Virus record (IMG/VR): IMGVR_UViG_3300045988_061891
Strand: one strand, 5' to 3'
Source of the DNA: a virus
DNA: 64,000 bases
Positions within the stretch are counted from its first letter, which is position 1. Every line of letters begins with the position of its first letter. This document shows positions 30,673-41,500 of the stretch, piece by piece. Both the position numbers and the translations under genes were made by a program. The notes below the pieces were generated by a model. The model saw only the letters and a program-made list of their open reading frames with translations. It did no database searches and had not been told where the DNA came from.

Positions 30673-32887
30673 GTACCAGACCCCCTTGACTGATGAACTC
30701 CTTGGGTCTTTACCTGAGGAGGTCAAGGAGGAGTTATTGGAAACTATAAATAGTGTACCCCTGATAAAGAAGCTCATATCTCCAAACAGACCTTATGCAA
30801 GAGACCTCCCTAAAGATAGCCAAGGGAAAATTATAGTAGATATAACTAACCCTCATATAATAGAGGATGCTGATTATTTTAGACAACCTGCATTGCACTT
30901 TATGAAGCATGGCTGTTATACATTTCTTAAACCAAACTCAAACCCTAATAGTGAATATAGGAAGTACTGGGATAAAGAACTGGACAGGTGTCTCAATGGC
31001 TATGTTAGAGAGAGTGATGGAGAGTGGGTGACAGGGTTGTTATATTGGTTTCTTAATTATAGCCCTATGATGGTTAATCTTATTAAAGAGGGTAGTAAGA
31101 AAGCTATAAGAACAGAGTCTTTCCCTTTCTTCTTTGAGGGTATTTATTGGAGATTCCACTATCTTGAAAAAGCCAGAAATAATGGACATCATGCTATAGA
31201 ATTAGCTAAAAGAGGGGCTGGAAAGAGTTACTCTTTAGCAGCTATAATGAGTAGGAATCTCATATTAGGAGAATCAGAAGAATCAAGAAAGAGGGTTATT
31301 ACTGTACTTACTGCATATCAAAAAGAGTATCTTAGTGATAGTAAAGACGGTACTTTATCTAAATTTAAACCTTGTATTAATTTCAGTTTTTCTCATACCC
31401 CATTTCCGAGATTAATGCTCAAGAACTCTCCTAATGAAATGGCATGGCAGATGGGATATAAGGATGAGTATGGAGTTGAGAGAGGGTCTTTAAATCAAGT
31501 ACTGGCAGTTTCTGCTAAGGATGACCCAGAAAAGCTTAGAGGTAAGAGAGGTTGGATATTATTTGAGGAAATGGGGTCCTTTAAGGGTCTTCTTCCTCTA
31601 TATGATATTACAAGAAAGTCTGTTGAAGATGGTGACTACACATTTGCTCTGATGTATTTAATAGGCACAGCTGCCGAAGATGAGTCTGACTTTAGTTCAG
31701 CAAAAACCTTACTTTATAACCCTGAGGGATATAATATACAGTCAGTTGAAAATGTATATGACAAACCTAAGCAGGGTAAACCTACATTTGGGTTCTTCTT
31801 TCCTTCATATATAAATAGAGCAGGATGTTATAATAAAGACGGAGTGTCTGATGTTATAAAGGCTCTTATAGAGATTCTTACTTTTAGGTATAAGGCTAAA
31901 TATTCTGCCGACCCTAAGTCAGTACTAAGACTTATAGCAGAAGACCCTATTACTCCAGCAGAGGCTATTATAAAAGTAAAAGCTGCATACTTTCCTACAG
32001 TTGCACTTACTGAAAGACTTGCACAACTTGATTCTGACCCTCATGCTTTTGATGATGTCTACATTGGAAACCTCACTTTGGCAAGTGGTAATAAGGTTGA
32101 ATTCAGGATAAGTAATGATATACCTATTAGAAAGTATGGGGTTGACAACTCTACAGTAGGTGCTCTTGAGATATTCGAGATGCCAGAGAAACAAGCTAAT
32201 GGAGAGGACTTTAATTTAAGGTATATCATGGGTCATGACCCTGTTGATAATGACCAGGCTGAGTCCTCCTCACTCTCTTCAACCTTTGTACTTGACCTGT
32301 TCACTGACAGAATTGTGGCAGAGTACACTGGCAGACAGGCATTTGCAGAAGATAACTATGAGATAGTGAGACTTCTTTGTCTGTTCTATAATGCAAAGTG
32401 TATGTATGAATCAAATAAAAAGGGCATTTATGCCTACTTTAGTAGGATGCAATGTACACACCTATTAGCAGATACTCCTGAATATCTTAGAGACAAGCAG
32501 ATGATTAAGTACTCTGCTTTTGGCTCAAATGCAAAGGGTATCAATGCAAGTGCAGCAATCAACAACTATGCCAATAATCTTATAAGAGACTGGTTACTTC
32601 AGCCAGTTCCAACTGTAATAAAGGAGGGTGGAGAAGAGAAGGAGACCAACATACCAAGGCTCTATTCTTTAAGGAATAGGGCACTTATCGAGGAGTTAAT
32701 CTCTTATACTCCCGAACTTAATGTGGATAGAATCAGAGCATTGGGTATGGTTATGCTATATAGACAGGAGAAGATTATTCTTTATAGAGACAATCTTAAT
32801 GCTAAGTCACAAGAAGAAGCCAGCAGCTCATACTTAGGCAATGACTCCTTCTTTCAAAGGAACTATACACAAGGTAATATACAGTAA
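30641..32887 (+). CDS. terminase large subunit
   Basis: Walker A LAKRGAGKSYS and Walker B GWILFEEMG, with a C-terminal nuclease-like acidic block GHDPVDND. An alternative start is MNEYQ at 30665. Confidence 0.8.
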   Translation: MENTSAIVMNEYQTPLTDELLGSLPEEVKEELLETINSVPLIKKLISPNRPYARDLPKDSQGKIIVDITNPHIIEDADYFRQPALHFMKHGCYTFLKPNSNPNSEYRKYWDKELDRCLNGYVRESDGEWVTGLLYWFLNYSPMMVNLIKEGSKKAIRTESFPFFFEGIYWRFHYLEKARNNGHHAIELAKRGAGKSYSLAAIMSRNLILGESEESRKRVITVLTAYQKEYLSDSKDGTLSKFKPCINFSFSHTPFPRLMLKNSPNEMAWQMGYKDEYGVERGSLNQVLAVSAKDDPEKLRGKRGWILFEEMGSFKGLLPLYDITRKSVEDGDYTFALMYLIGTAAEDESDFSSAKTLLYNPEGYNIQSVENVYDKPKQGKPTFGFFFPSYINRAGCYNKDGVSDVIKALIEILTFRYKAKYSADPKSVLRLIAEDPITPAEAIIKVKAAYFPTVALTERLAQLDSDPHAFDDVYIGNLTLASGNKVEFRISNDIPIRKYGVDNSTVGALEIFEMPEKQANGEDFNLRYIMGHDPVDNDQAESSSLSSTFVLDLFTDRIVAEYTGRQAFAEDNYEIVRLLCLFYNAKCMYESNKKGIYAYFSRMQCTHLLADTPEYLRDKQMIKYSAFGSNAKGINASAAINNYANNLIRDWLLQPVPTVIKEGGEEKETNIPRLYSLRNRALIEELISYTPELNVDRIRALGMVMLYRQEKIILYRDNLNAKSQEEASSSYLGNDSFFQRNYTQGNIQ

Positions 32888-32932
32888 ATTTAGCAAAATA
32901 GAGTATCAAGACTTAATATTTTACTTATGAAC

Positions 32933-32963
32933 TTGCACAAGTTAAATGTTTTATATATCTTTG
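32933..32963 (+). promoter_or_regulatory. Bacteroidetes-type promoter upstream of the portal gene
   Basis: cTTGCacaagttaaatgttttataTATCTTTGta, with 20-nt spacing. Confidence 0.5.
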
Positions 32964-32987
32964 TACCACATTTAAGTTGAAGAATAT

Positions 32988-35390
32988 ATGAGTGATTTCA
33001 CAAATTTACCCCCACAACAACTACCTTTCTCCAGGAAGAATAAGGCCTGGAGAAAGAAGCACCTCGACTGGGCTGACTCTAAGACATTTTTCAACTATTC
33101 TTTGGTAAGGAAAAGTGTGATACATAAGAAAATTAACTACGATTTGCTTAATGGTAAATTACACATGAGCGACCTTGCAATGATATTGAATCCTGATAAT
33201 ATAAAGGCAGGTTATGTACCTGAAAGGATTCAACATTACCCTATAATGAATAGTAAGCTGAATGTTCTTGGAGGAGAGGAGCTCAAGAGAGTATTTGACT
33301 ACAAGGTAGTTGTAACTAATCCTAATGCTATCTCCGAGATTGAGAACAACAAGAAGCAGGAACTTCTTACAAGAGTTCAGCAACTGCTGTCTGAAGAGAC
33401 TCAGACAGAGGAAGAGTTCAATGCAGAGCTGGAGAAACTTAATGACTTCTTTACATTTGAGTGGCAGGATATGAGAGAGGTTCGGGCTAATGCCCTCCTT
33501 AATCACTACTCCAAAGAGCTTAATTTCCCTATTCTCTTTAATAAGGGTTTTAATGATGCAATGGCAGTAGGTGAAGAGATTTACCAATGTGATATTGTAG
33601 GTGGAGAACCAATTATAGAGAGACTTAACCCTCTTAAGGTGAGAATTTTCAAGTCAGGTTACAGCAACAAGATTGAGGATGCTGATATGATTGTACTTGA
33701 GGATTACTGGAGTCCTGGAAAAATTATAGATACCTATTATGATGTCCTTACAAAGAAGGACATGGAATATATAGAGAAGATGCCTAACTATACAGACCAG
33801 GTTACTGACTCTATGGATAACATAGATGACAGAATGGGCTTTGTAAATGGGCATATGGTAGGAGAGGAATTTACCTCACAGGAAGGTTTCTTCTGGGACC
33901 CTATAGGGATGACAGATGGTGTGGGCACCTCGCTTCTTCCTTTTGATGTAGCAGGAAACATTAGGGTACTGAGAGTGTACTGGAAGTCAAGAAGAAGAAT
34001 TAAGAAGGTAAAGTCCTATGACCCACAAACAGGCGAGGAAGTATTCAACCTCTATCCTGAGACCTATGTCATAGATAAAGATAAAGGTGAAGAGGAAAAA
34101 ATACTTTACGTCAATGAGGCGTGGGAAGGAACTAAGATAGGAAATGATATTTATGTCAATATGAGACCAAGAGTTGTCCAATATAACAGACTATCTAACC
34201 CTTCAAGATGTCACTTCGGTATTATAGGTTCAATCTATAATCTCAATGATGACAAGCCTTTTTCTCTTGTTGACATGATGAAACCTTATAACTATCTCTA
34301 TGACACAATCCATGACAGGCTCAATAAGCTTATTTCAAGGAACTGGGGTATGCTTATTAATCTTGACCTTGCCAAGGTTCCTAAAGGATGGGAGATAGAC
34401 AAGTGGATGTACTTTGCCAAAACTAATGGTATTGTGGTTACAGACTCATTCAAGGAAGGTAACTTTGGTGCAGCTACAGGTAAACTTGCAGGTGCCCTCA
34501 ACAATGCAAGTTCAGGAGTTGTCAATGCTGAACTTGGCAATACCATACAACAATACACTAATCTTCTTGAGTTTATCAAGATGGAGATGTCCGATGTGTC
34601 AGGTATCTCAAAGCAGAGAGAGGGTCAGATAAGTAACAGAGAAACTGTTGGAGGTGTTGAAAGAGCCACACTACAATCCTCCTATATCACAGAATGGCTG
34701 TTTTTAACTCATGATGATGTCAAGAGGAGGGCTCTTGAGGCATTCCTTGAGACAGCAAAGATAGCTCTTAAGGGTAGAAGCAAGAAGTTTCAGTATATAC
34801 TTTCTGACAACTCAAGCAAAGTCATGATTATTGATGGGGATGAATTCTCTGAGAATGACTATGGTCTTGTAGTTGATAACAGTAATGGAACACAGGAACT
34901 TAAGCAGAAGCTAGATGGGCTTGCTCAGGCAGCATTGCAGAACCAGACCCTTACCTTCTCTACTATAATGAAACTTTACAATAGTTCTTCTCTTGCAGAG
35001 AAACAGAGAATGGTTGAGAAGAATGAGCAAGACTTGATTCAGAGACAACAGGAAGCTCAACAACAGCAGACACAGTTACAGCAACAGCAAATGCAAGCTG
35101 AAGCTCAAGCCAAGGAAGCTGACATGCAGCTTAAGGACCAGATGAACCAGAGAGATAATGAGACTAAAATTATTGTTGCTACAATATCTGCTCAGTCATC
35201 TAAGACTGATGATGGTATTCAGGAACCTGAGTTCTCTGAAGAAGCAAAGGCTAAACTTATGGAAAATATGAGACAATTTGATGCTAAAATGAAATTGGAA
35301 AGAGATAAATTGGCAGAGGAGAAGATTAAGAGGGAAGAGGAAATGAGTATTAAGAGACAAAGTTTACAACATAAAAATAAACAACAATGA
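32988..35390 (+). CDS. portal protein (candidate)
   Basis: 800-aa ORF directly after the large terminase. Q-rich coiled-coil C-terminus. Assigned by position and size only. Confidence 0.55.
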   Translation: MSDFTNLPPQQLPFSRKNKAWRKKHLDWADSKTFFNYSLVRKSVIHKKINYDLLNGKLHMSDLAMILNPDNIKAGYVPERIQHYPIMNSKLNVLGGEELKRVFDYKVVVTNPNAISEIENNKKQELLTRVQQLLSEETQTEEEFNAELEKLNDFFTFEWQDMREVRANALLNHYSKELNFPILFNKGFNDAMAVGEEIYQCDIVGGEPIIERLNPLKVRIFKSGYSNKIEDADMIVLEDYWSPGKIIDTYYDVLTKKDMEYIEKMPNYTDQVTDSMDNIDDRMGFVNGHMVGEEFTSQEGFFWDPIGMTDGVGTSLLPFDVAGNIRVLRVYWKSRRRIKKVKSYDPQTGEEVFNLYPETYVIDKDKGEEEKILYVNEAWEGTKIGNDIYVNMRPRVVQYNRLSNPSRCHFGIIGSIYNLNDDKPFSLVDMMKPYNYLYDTIHDRLNKLISRNWGMLINLDLAKVPKGWEIDKWMYFAKTNGIVVTDSFKEGNFGAATGKLAGALNNASSGVVNAELGNTIQQYTNLLEFIKMEMSDVSGISKQREGQISNRETVGGVERATLQSSYITEWLFLTHDDVKRRALEAFLETAKIALKGRSKKFQYILSDNSSKVMIIDGDEFSENDYGLVVDNSNGTQELKQKLDGLAQAALQNQTLTFSTIMKLYNSSSLAEKQRMVEKNEQDLIQRQQEAQQQQTQLQQQQMQAEAQAKEADMQLKDQMNQRDNETKIIVATISAQSSKTDDGIQEPEFSEEAKAKLMENMRQFDAKMKLERDKLAEEKIKREEEMSIKRQSLQHKNKQQ

Positions 35391-36922
35391 TAAAATATTC
35401 AGGTATTTATGAATCTTCCACTCCCCCTCCAAGTACTAAAGCATTGTGGGTAGATGGAGGTGTTCTTAAGATTTATAAAAATGGAAGTTGGAGACCAGTA
35501 GACGACCCTAAGTCTAAGCTTAATATAGATTCTATTTTAAAAGCAAGTTCAACAAACCCAGTAGAAAACAGAGCTATACATAGTAGATTTATTGGCGTTG
35601 ACAAAAATATTGAAGTAAATAAAAACAATATAGGTGTTCTTACAGGTAGAGTAAACGAAGTTGATGGAATAGCTAAAGGTGCTGAAGCATTAGCTAAAGT
35701 TAATGAGAAACGTATTAACTCTGTTGAAGCATTGGCTAATGCCAATGAAGCCAAGTCTCAGGATAATGCGTCTAAAATCTATACTTTAAGTTATGGTTTA
35801 GCAAATGTCAAAAATACAGCTGATGGTAATAAACATGATATAGAGTCTCTTACAAATAGGACAATCAAACCTATAGAATCAAAAGTCTCACAGCTTCAAG
35901 AACTTAATGTAGTATATCCTAATAATATAAGAAATCTTACAACAGAATCTGATTACACAGAAGTCTATACGGCTTTTATTCCTAAAATTGGAGGTACTGA
36001 GGGTATAGCAAATACTCCCCATGTAGGCTATTTAATTAAAGGAAATAAAAATGGTGACGACCAGGATGACCCAGATTCTACTATCATAAGTGTAGAAATT
36101 GTTAAAATTGATGATAAAGACTGTCATAAGTTTATGTATATAGACAATAATAGAGATTTAGTAACTATGACAGTTTATTTAACTACAGGTACGGTTATTG
36201 AACGTTCTGTTGTATCTAATATTGATACTATAATTGATAAAATTAGTATATTCGATAAGAAGTTGAGTAGTGGCACACTTCGTGACCTGTACATCTCTGC
36301 GGGTGCGGTGTACAACGAGACGACAGGCTTCTACGAACTGAACGGGCTGACGGACATCACCGAGGAGGAAATGAGGGCGATATACAAATACGCTGGGACG
36401 CCACAAGCTAAAGCTGCATTCGCTTACTCTAAGGCAAGGACAAATCTTCCGATGCCAGGGATGTACAATGGCTCTTTATATGATGCGATGTTTTATGCAA
36501 GCAAAATCGAGGTAGTTAATCTTGGCTATCGACAGGCCAATCAGCCGAATCTTTTAGAGCCTTTTGTTGAACTTGAAGGTCAAAACGTATTTTATATGTG
36601 CAAAAATTTGCGGATAATCTACGGACGAATAGAGGAGTATTACACAATAAAAGATTGGGGTTTGACTTTTGGCGAATGTGGCAAATTGGAAGAAGTGCGA
36701 ATCTATAAATTAGGAACCAGCATTAAGTTTAGCTGGTCGCCCAATCTAAGCAAGGAATCAGTGCTATATATGATAACTAACGCCAACCCACCGAGCGGAG
36801 CGGCAGCAGGCAGCATAGCAATCACACTCCATCCCACCGCCTATGCCCGTCTGAAAGACGATGCGGACATAGTGGCGGCGTTGGAGGCAAAAGGGGGAAT
36901 TGTAGTATTAATATCAGCATAA
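35387..36922 (+). CDS. fibre-like protein with a coiled-coil shaft and a GC-rich, LRR-like C-terminal domain
   Basis: N-terminal LW..GVLKIYKNGSWRPV module, repetitive coiled coil, and a C-terminal ~210 aa encoded by visibly GC-richer DNA (from about 36270). Confidence 0.55.
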   Translation: MIKYSGIYESSTPPPSTKALWVDGGVLKIYKNGSWRPVDDPKSKLNIDSILKASSTNPVENRAIHSRFIGVDKNIEVNKNNIGVLTGRVNEVDGIAKGAEALAKVNEKRINSVEALANANEAKSQDNASKIYTLSYGLANVKNTADGNKHDIESLTNRTIKPIESKVSQLQELNVVYPNNIRNLTTESDYTEVYTAFIPKIGGTEGIANTPHVGYLIKGNKNGDDQDDPDSTIISVEIVKIDDKDCHKFMYIDNNRDLVTMTVYLTTGTVIERSVVSNIDTIIDKISIFDKKLSSGTLRDLYISAGAVYNETTGFYELNGLTDITEEEMRAIYKYAGTPQAKAAFAYSKARTNLPMPGMYNGSLYDAMFYASKIEVVNLGYRQANQPNLLEPFVELEGQNVFYMCKNLRIIYGRIEEYYTIKDWGLTFGECGKLEEVRIYKLGTSIKFSWSPNLSKESVLYMITNANPPSGAAAGSIAITLHPTAYARLKDDADIVAALEAKGGIVVLISA

Positions 36923-36934
36923 AAAACAAGAATC

Positions 36935-37267
36935 ATGGTAACAAAACAGAACAACGAGATTTTCAGCACGGAAGAGAAGTACGTGCATATCATAGGTACA
37001 GACAACTATTTCAAACGTGGACTTGCTATTGGTCTGTCAGTAGAGCAGTGCGAGGAAGTGGAGACCATACCTAATATTATCAATGATACAGAGTATGGAA
37101 ACCAGGTTAATGAATTAATTAGAGCTAAGTACTCTCTAAGTGAAGAACTAAGTCTTTTAAGACAGAGGGACTCAAAACAGGAAGAGTATCAAAAATATAA
37201 TGCCTATTGTGAAGAATGTAAAAAAACTGTTAAAGATAAAATAAGCGAAGGAGAGCCCTCCAATTAG
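36935..37267 (+). CDS. hypothetical protein (possible fibre assembly factor)
   Basis: 110-aa ORF whose 5' half lies in the GC-richer island. Confidence 0.5.
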   Translation: MVTKQNNEIFSTEEKYVHIIGTDNYFKRGLAIGLSVEQCEEVETIPNIINDTEYGNQVNELIRAKYSLSEELSLLRQRDSKQEEYQKYNAYCEECKKTVKDKISEGEPSN

Positions 37268-37323
37268 ATTATAGGAGGGTTCTAACTTAGTAGATTTAAA
37301 TGAACAAGTAAGTACTATAAGAA

Positions 37324-38376
37324 ATGAGAAGATTTAGAGCAATAGTACAGACTAATAAAGAGCCCGAAGATATTAATATACTATGGTATAGTAAGGGAGT
37401 ACTTAAATACTTTGATGCAGGAGAGTGGAAACCACTTAATGTAGTACATCCAGAGGATATTAGTATTACAATTGAGGCTCTACCTAATATAAAAAATCTG
37501 AAAGAGGCTCTTGATTATCTGTTTGAAAAGACTAATAACTATAGAATAGTAGGTACATATAAAGAATTAGAATCCTTAAAAAATGGAAAAATAAACAATG
37601 GTACACATTGCTATGTTACTGATATAAAGAGAAGTTATATATACTCTACAGAACTTAATGAGTGGGTATTAGAGGATGTACCTCAACAATTCTACTTATT
37701 TACAGACCATTCCATTGTTACTGATTTTAATTCTAAAACAGGCTATATAGAATTTAAAGACACTATTCATGCTGATACTGTTGCATATATAGCTTTTGGA
37801 GATGCAGCTACTGTATCTGACTTAAGCATATGTAGACTGGAAAAAGAAGGAGAAGATTGGTATTTAAAAGATACTAATAAGAATACTCCCAAGAAAGGGG
37901 ATTTTATCTATATAGTAGCTATTGACAGAGAAAGTAAGGAGGTACTTGTATTAGAAATAGATTTTGATGGGGAAGTGTCTCAGTCCAAGGTGCTGTGTTA
38001 TAATAACACTATAGACTCAATATTTAAGGACTCTTTAAACATAATAGAGGCTATTGTTGTCAACGCTGATAATATAAACACTCTCTTCACTTGGAAAAGA
38101 ATAATTGACAGTGACCAATTAGTACAAGACACCAAAATAGAGGAAAATAAGAACTATGCTCGGGAGCTTAATGAGAAAATAGATGCCAAAGTAATAGAGG
38201 CAGGGGGTGTAGCATTTGACTTAGAGCCTACTAAAGATAGTAAAAACGCAGTATTCAGTGGTGGTGTGCATAAATACATAGAAGATAAGTTCGTTGTATT
38301 AACTCCCGAGGAGTATGAAAGTTTAGTTATTAAAAACTCAAATACTTTTTATTTTATACTTGATGATACGAATTAA
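37324..38376 (+). CDS. fibre/receptor-binding-like protein sharing the N-terminal LW..GVLKY..G.WKP module
   Basis: 350-aa ORF: MRRFRAIVQTNKEPEDINILWYSKGVLKYFDAGEWKPLN. Confidence 0.5.
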   Translation: MRRFRAIVQTNKEPEDINILWYSKGVLKYFDAGEWKPLNVVHPEDISITIEALPNIKNLKEALDYLFEKTNNYRIVGTYKELESLKNGKINNGTHCYVTDIKRSYIYSTELNEWVLEDVPQQFYLFTDHSIVTDFNSKTGYIEFKDTIHADTVAYIAFGDAATVSDLSICRLEKEGEDWYLKDTNKNTPKKGDFIYIVAIDRESKEVLVLEIDFDGEVSQSKVLCYNNTIDSIFKDSLNIIEAIVVNADNINTLFTWKRIIDSDQLVQDTKIEENKNYARELNEKIDAKVIEAGGVAFDLEPTKDSKNAVFSGGVHKYIEDKFVVLTPEEYESLVIKNSNTFYFILDDTN

Positions 38377-38539
38377 TTCCAAAATTATAGAAACTATATA
38401 TCAAGGCAAACTTCCTATACAAGAGATAAGAAAAGGAGCTCAATTAATATGGGAGGCTATCAAAGGATGCTTTGGTAATGGTTTCTGGAAGAATGGAAGA
38501 GGTTGGATAAACACTGAAGGGTGGAGAAATACTAAATAA
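38363..38539 (+). CDS. possible small W/G-rich protein (58 aa)
   Basis: Hand translation: MIRINSKIIETIYQGKLPIQEIRKGAQLIWEAIKGCFGNGFWKNGRGWINTEGWRNTK*. Fills the gap before the giant ORF. Confidence 0.4.
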   Translation: MIRINSKIIETIYQGKLPIQEIRKGAQLIWEAIKGCFGNGFWKNGRGWINTEGWRNTK

Positions 38540-38544
38540 ATACT

Positions 38545-41500
38545 ATGGCGAATAAAGTTTATGATAAAGAAATAAATAAGCACTCTGACTGGGGTGGTGA
38601 TGCTAGTACAGAAAATCTGCCTGTCAGTGGGTCTAGGGTTCAAGAGTTTATAAAAAAGACTCTTGACGGTAAAATGGGGGTGTTCTATTATGACACAACC
38701 AATAATAGGTATCTTGTATTTGCTGATATTGAAAATAGGGATTTATATCTAGAGGACCCAACCAAGAATGAGTTGGTGCTAGGAACTTTTGATGCTCCAT
38801 TTAATTATGAGGCAGAGATAAATCTAATATCAGGCTCGTATAAAGCTGTTCAATTAGGTTCTACAGGAAATTATGTAGAATTCATCTTTGACACAAAGAA
38901 TAAACAAGGGGCTTCAGTAGGTGGTCTTGCTACTGTTACTTACACAATAATAAGAAACTCTACAAAGAAAGTTATTACTGAAACTCGTAATAGCAGAAGT
39001 ACTGTAAAATTCAATTTAGATAAGTACTTAGGTGAGGGTACAAATACTATTATCATAGGTATAACAGATAAAAACACCCTTGCAGCTACCACAGTTTCTG
39101 TCACATATCAAGTAGTTAATCTTACCATTAAAGATGAGCTCAATATATCAAAGGTTTATGACCTTTCTTCTGCCACTTCCCTTAATATGGAAGTACTATT
39201 TAATATTTCTGGATATGGTACGAAGACAGTAGAATGGTATATAGATGGTGAACAACTTGAGTTTGTTAAAGAGGAAGATGAAGTAGTAGATGTAGAGGCG
39301 TCTAGAACTAAGTATATCACTCTGTCTAATTTACAACAAGGTAGGCACTCATTACAACTTAGAGCACACTCTATAGTGAATGGTGAGAAGTTCTATACAA
39401 ATACCTTGTATAGGGATTTTATAGTATATACTGGTGCATCTACAGATACTATACTTGGTATTGCTATTGAGGTACCTTCAGAGCATGGTATAATAGGCCC
39501 CTCAGATAATGTATCAATATATAATATGGAGCAATATGTTCCATATAGTTTGAGGTTTGCTTCTTATTCTCCTACTAATGAACAAAACATAGAGGTAGGT
39601 ATCTATCTTAATGATGAGTTAAATGGAGCTATAACCTCGAGTAATGATACTGAAAATAACTATACGTTAGTATCTTCTAAGTCTGGAAATAAAGTGTTGA
39701 AGCTTGTGTCTGGGAAAGTAGAATATACAATCCCTGTTGTAGTGACTCCTACATCTATGAATATAAGTGACATCACTAATAATCTTGAACTGGATTTCAC
39801 AGCTGTAGGAAAAAGTAATTCTTCTCCCAATAGAGATATATGGTCCTATAACGGATATACAGGAACATTCTACGGTTTTAAGTGGAATGATGTTTCAGGT
39901 TGGGTTAATAATAGATTGTTAATGCCATCAGGAACTTCATTCTCTATAGATTATGCTCCGTTGGATAATAACCCTACAGGAACAGGAAAGACTATTGAAT
40001 TAGAGTTCTCTACATTAAATGTGAGAGAGGATGATGCTATTATATGTGACCTAAGGAATGCTAGTGGTACTGGATTACTTATAACTGCAACTAAAGTATC
40101 ATTGACTTCTGAGAATGGTGTTACTGTAGAAACTGAATTTAGGAGTGGTGAGAATGTAAGAATAGCGTTTGTTATAAATAAGAGTAGTGGTACTCTTAAT
40201 AAGTGTCTTTCTTTTATTTATACTAATGGTATTATATCTAGAGGAGAGGCATGGTCAGCTACTGATAAATATGATTCTCCTAAAACCATTAAATTCACTG
40301 CATCTGATAAAGTAGAAGTATCTCTTAAGGCTATAAGAATATATAACACTGCATTAACTTCTGACCAAATTCTCAATAACTATATTCTCTATAGAGATAG
40401 TATAGAAGAGATGACCTCTGTATATGAGAAGAATGATGTGTACACAGAAGGAACTACATCTTTTGACCCTAATAAGATGATGAGTAGAGTACCAGTGATG
40501 ATAGTAACTGGTGACATCCCAGTACTTGAAAATATCTCGGATAAGAATACTCAGATAATAGTAGATATAGACTACTACAACATGCAGGACCCTACTAGGA
40601 ACTTTAGTATGGTTAGTGCAGCTATGAGACCACAGGGTACATCTTCCATGGGTTATCCTAAAAAGAATTTTAGAATTTATACACAGAAGGTTGATGATAC
40701 AATATTATACGATTCTAATGGAAAGGTTGTTCAAGACAAACTATACTCTTTTAGGGAGGGTTCACAACCTGTTAATTGTTGGTGTCTTAAAGCTGATTAC
40801 GCAGAGTCTTCTGGTACTCATAATACTGGTATTGCTAAATTATGGAACAAAGCTCTATACAATGTTCAAATAGGCGGAGAATATGTATGTAGAACTAATG
40901 CTCAAAAAGCAGCTATTGTTGCAGATTATGAGTATGATGTAAGAACTGCTATTGATGGATTTCCTATACTTTTATTCTATAGAAAGACTAAGAATGATGA
41001 CCTTATATTTATAGGTAAGTATAACTTTAATAATGATAAATCCACAGAGAGTGTATTTGGTTTTAAAGGAATTCCTGGTTTTGATAATTCCAGAATGCAA
41101 TGCTGGGAGGTACTCAACAATGGTAATTCTTTAGCTCTATTTACTACCTCCGAGAACTTTGACACTAAATGGGAAGATGCTTTTGAAAGTAGATACCCTG
41201 ATACAAGCAATCCAGACATATCAGACTTAAAGACCTTTGCAGAGTGGATGAGCACTGTTTCTCAAGAAAACTTTGCTACAGAGAAATGGGAACATATGGA
41301 CATCTATAAACTGGCTGCATATTATGTATATATTCTAAGACATGCGGCAGTTGACCAAACTGTAAAGAACGCAATGTTTACTTCAGAAGATGGGTCCCAC
41401 TTCTACTATATTCACTATGATAATGATACTGTTCATGGTCTTATAAATACTGGTAGACTAAGAGTAAAACCAACAGATGACAGACAGTCTACTGATGATT

